DNA of 51,240 nt from Nemertoderma westbladi (taxonomy: Eukaryota; Animalia; Xenacoelomorpha): assembly GCA_032718475.1 (NCBI GenBank), contig JAUCBJ010007306.1, positions 1 to 51,240 of the forward strand, read 5' to 3'. Of this stretch, positions 48,729 through 51,240 are shown one piece after another. The notes under the pieces are model-generated. The model was not told where the DNA came from and made no database searches. It worked only from the letters and a program-made list of their open reading frames with translations. How positions within the stretch are numbered: position 1 is the stretch's first letter; every line of letters begins with the position of its first letter. The position numbers and the translations under genes were made by a program.

Positions 48729-49476
48729 GATGCAAACCGAGGGACTCACTTCTCTGGAGGCTTCAATTCGTCGATACAAACCGAGGCACTCACTTCTCTG
48801 GAGGCTTCAATTCGTCGATACAAACCGAGGGACTCACTTCTCCTGAGGCTTCAATTCGTCGATACAAACCGAGGGACTCACTTCTCTGGAGGCTTCAATT
48901 CGTCGATACAAACCGAGGGACTCACTTCTCTGGAGGCTTCAATTCGTCGATACAAACCGAGGGACTCACTTCTCTGGAGGCTTCAATTCGTCGATACAAA
49001 CCGAGGGACTCACTTCTCTGGAGGCTTCAATTCGTCGATACAAACCGAGGGACTCACTTCTCTGGAGGCTTCAATTCGTCGATACAAACCGAGGGACTCA
49101 CTTCTCTGGAGGCTTCAATTCGTCGATACAAACCGAGGGAATCACTTCTCCTGAGGCTTCAATTCGTCGATACAAACCGAGGGACTCACTTCTCCTGAGG
49201 CTTCAATTCGTCGATACAAACCGAGGGACTCACTTCTCTGGAGGCTTCAATTCGTCGATACAAACCGAGGGACTCACTTCTCTGGAGGCTTCAATTCGTC
49301 GATACAAACCGAGGGACTCACTTCTCTGGAGGCTTCAATTCGTCGATACAAACCGAGGGACTCACTTCTCTGGAGGCTTCAATTCGTCGATACAAACCGA
49401 GGGACTCACTTCTCTGGAGGCTTCAATTCGTCGATACAAACCGAGGCATTCACTTCTCCTGAGGCTTCAATTCGTC
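48729..49476. repeat. Minisatellite, 17 x 44 bp
   Basis: Unit GATACAAACCGAGGGACTCACTTCTCTGGAGGCTTCAATTCGTC, head-to-tail with no spacers. Confidence 0.97.
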
Positions 49477-50291
49477 GAAAAGCAGAACATAATAAATCAA
49501 AATATGTAACAATATTATCTCTAAATATATGGAGATTATTATGTTATATGATATACAGTAGGAGGGAAACTTGGCGCAAATCCCATCTCAGCGAATTAAC
49601 TGGTCTCAATTATAAATTATCAATTAAGGGAAGATAGGATGTTCTAGTGGCATTTTATTCGAACCAAAACAATAAACTAAAATTAAAAGCTATTATTTGC
49701 ACCGACCTCCCCCCCCCCCCCCCCCTCACCAATTAGAATCCTTAGTTTATCCAACCACTCGTAGGCCGATTACCACCTTATAAAGTCCTACTTTACATCG
49801 TAACATTTACTTTACATAGTTATTGCAACTCTCGATGGCGAACGTTAGACGCAATTCCGAAAACATTAAGGGTTAGAAATAAAACAGTTTATTAATTTAA
49901 AATCGTACATACCGGATTACCATGAGATAAAAACAACACAACGCACACTACAATAAATTCATTAGGTAACATTTTGGTACAGAGATAGAAAAATGCCACA
50001 CAATATATCTTTATAACTTAAAAGAGGCCGGTTTTGGTAATAATTCTCATTGTAGGTGTAATTCTCATATTAGGTACCGGTACAGTACCGGTACCTAATA
50101 TGTTATTCTAGAGGTTTGACTTTATTTTTCACAAATAAATATATTTAGTTAACCAGTTTACGTAAAAAAAATGCGTGGGTTGCACTTTAAACACTAAGAC
50201 TATCACAGTTTGGACTCAAATAACGTGATAGTTTTTTTGATAGAGTAAAGAGGTGTCTACAAATCTATCAGACAAATTTGGAATTGATTCG

Positions 50292-50310
50292 CCGCCGCTA
50301 GGTGGCGCTG
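50292..50310 (+). promoter_or_regulatory. Candidate CTCF site
   Basis: CCGCCGCTAGGTGGCGCTG closely matches the CTCF core consensus and sits isolated in AT-rich DNA. Confidence 0.45.
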
Positions 50311-50671
50311 TAACTTTATATAAATTTTCATGTTTGTTATTAATAATGTTAACTTTTAATAACCAACAATTTGTAAAAGTTGTCTGATACTTTTATACAG
50401 AGTTTACTATAGAGAGACACTCACAAATTATAACTTCAAAAATCAATTACATAAATTATATTATATTATTAATTAATTATTACAGTAGGTACTAAATTAA
50501 ATATGGTATACATTAGGTATAAATTAATTAATTTATTTATAAATTATTTATTATTAAAACGTATCCTAATATAATTTATTTAGTCTATTCTTCCTTGTGG
50601 GAAAGAAGAAGTTCAGGTAATTAAATCAGATCGAGCGACTAAAGACTTTCCTTCCCTCGATAAACAACAGT

Positions 50672-51240
50672 TTACTGATTCTTCACGCTGTGCTGGTTGC
50701 GTTTATGGGTCGCTAGATTGGATGAAACGGAGAACGCTTTACCGCAAGTGTCACAGATGTAGGGTTTATCTCCTGTGTGGAGGCGTTGGTGGGTTGTTAG
50801 ATGGGAACTGTTGGTGAATGATTTACTACAGACGTTACAACTGTAGGGTTTATCTCCAGTGTGAGTACGATTGTGTTCTATTAGATGGGCGTTCTGTGAG
50901 AAAGCTTTGTTGCACATAATACATTGGAACGGTTTCTCCCCAGAGTGAGTGCGTTGGTGGCGTGTTAGATTGGACTGTGTGCTGAAAGCTTTACTACATG
51001 TAGAGCAGCTGAACGGTTTCTCCCCAGAGTGAGTGCGTTGGTGGCGTGTTAGACTGGACTGTAGGCTGAAAGCTTTACTACATGTAGAGCAGCTGAACGG
51101 TTTCTCACCAGAGTGAACCCTTTCGTGCTCCATTAGTTGGGATTTACATCCAAACACTTTCCCACAAGAACTACATCCCAAACTATCAACTGGTTTATCT
51201 GAACTGGAATGTTTCTTGGGACCAGTCGGAACGTTGGAAC
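50672..51240 (-). CDS. C2H2 zinc-finger protein, 3' end (6 fingers; frame open to the window edge)
   Basis: Six CX2CX12HX3-4H fingers with SGEKP/TGDKP linkers. Fingers 2 and 3 are a near-identical 84-bp duplication. Confidence 0.92.
   Translation of the reverse strand, partial: SNVPTGPKKHSSSDKPVDSLGCSSCGKVFGCKSQLMEHERVHSGEKPFSCSTCSKAFSLQSSLTRHQRTHSGEKPFSCSTCSKAFSTQSNLTRHQRTHSGEKPFQCIMCNKAFSQNAHLIEHNRTHTGDKPYSCNVCSKSFTNSSHLTTHQRLHTGDKPYICDTCGKAFSVSSNLATHKRNQHSVKNQ

Noticed and set aside
48729-49476. CRISPR array
   Set aside because: Units are head-to-tail with no unique spacers, there are no cas genes, and the context is eukaryotic.

Overview
This is AT-rich animal (probably bilaterian invertebrate) genomic DNA. 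The first ~44.4 kb is nested transposable elements. It holds three unrelated BEL/Pao LTR retrotransposons: E3 (<1-3428, +, deleted), E2 (18165-25854, -, TSD ATTAC, ~2 kb LTR, deleted) and E1 (25988-43291, +, 17.3 kb, TSD ACATC, 1171-bp LTRs in which I see one mismatch). There are also two sibling LTRs of the E1 family, four decayed LINEs, a Tc1/mariner-type and a Sola1-like non-autonomous DNA element, MITEs and tRNA-derived sequences. The right end has an intronless gamma-glutamyltranspeptidase ORF, a 17x44-bp tandem array and the 3' end of a C2H2 zinc-finger gene. Main observation: none of the three BEL/Pao elements has a tRNA-type (TGG...) primer-binding site. In each, the 11-12 nt after the 5' LTR are the exact reverse complement of a site inside its own LTR, with the polarity needed for Tf1-like self-primed reverse transcription, which I know only from Ty3/gypsy (Tf1/sushi) elements. 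E1 also carries a non-env accessory ORF behind a long G-U-rich RNA hairpin. All alignments were done by eye; no database searches were run.
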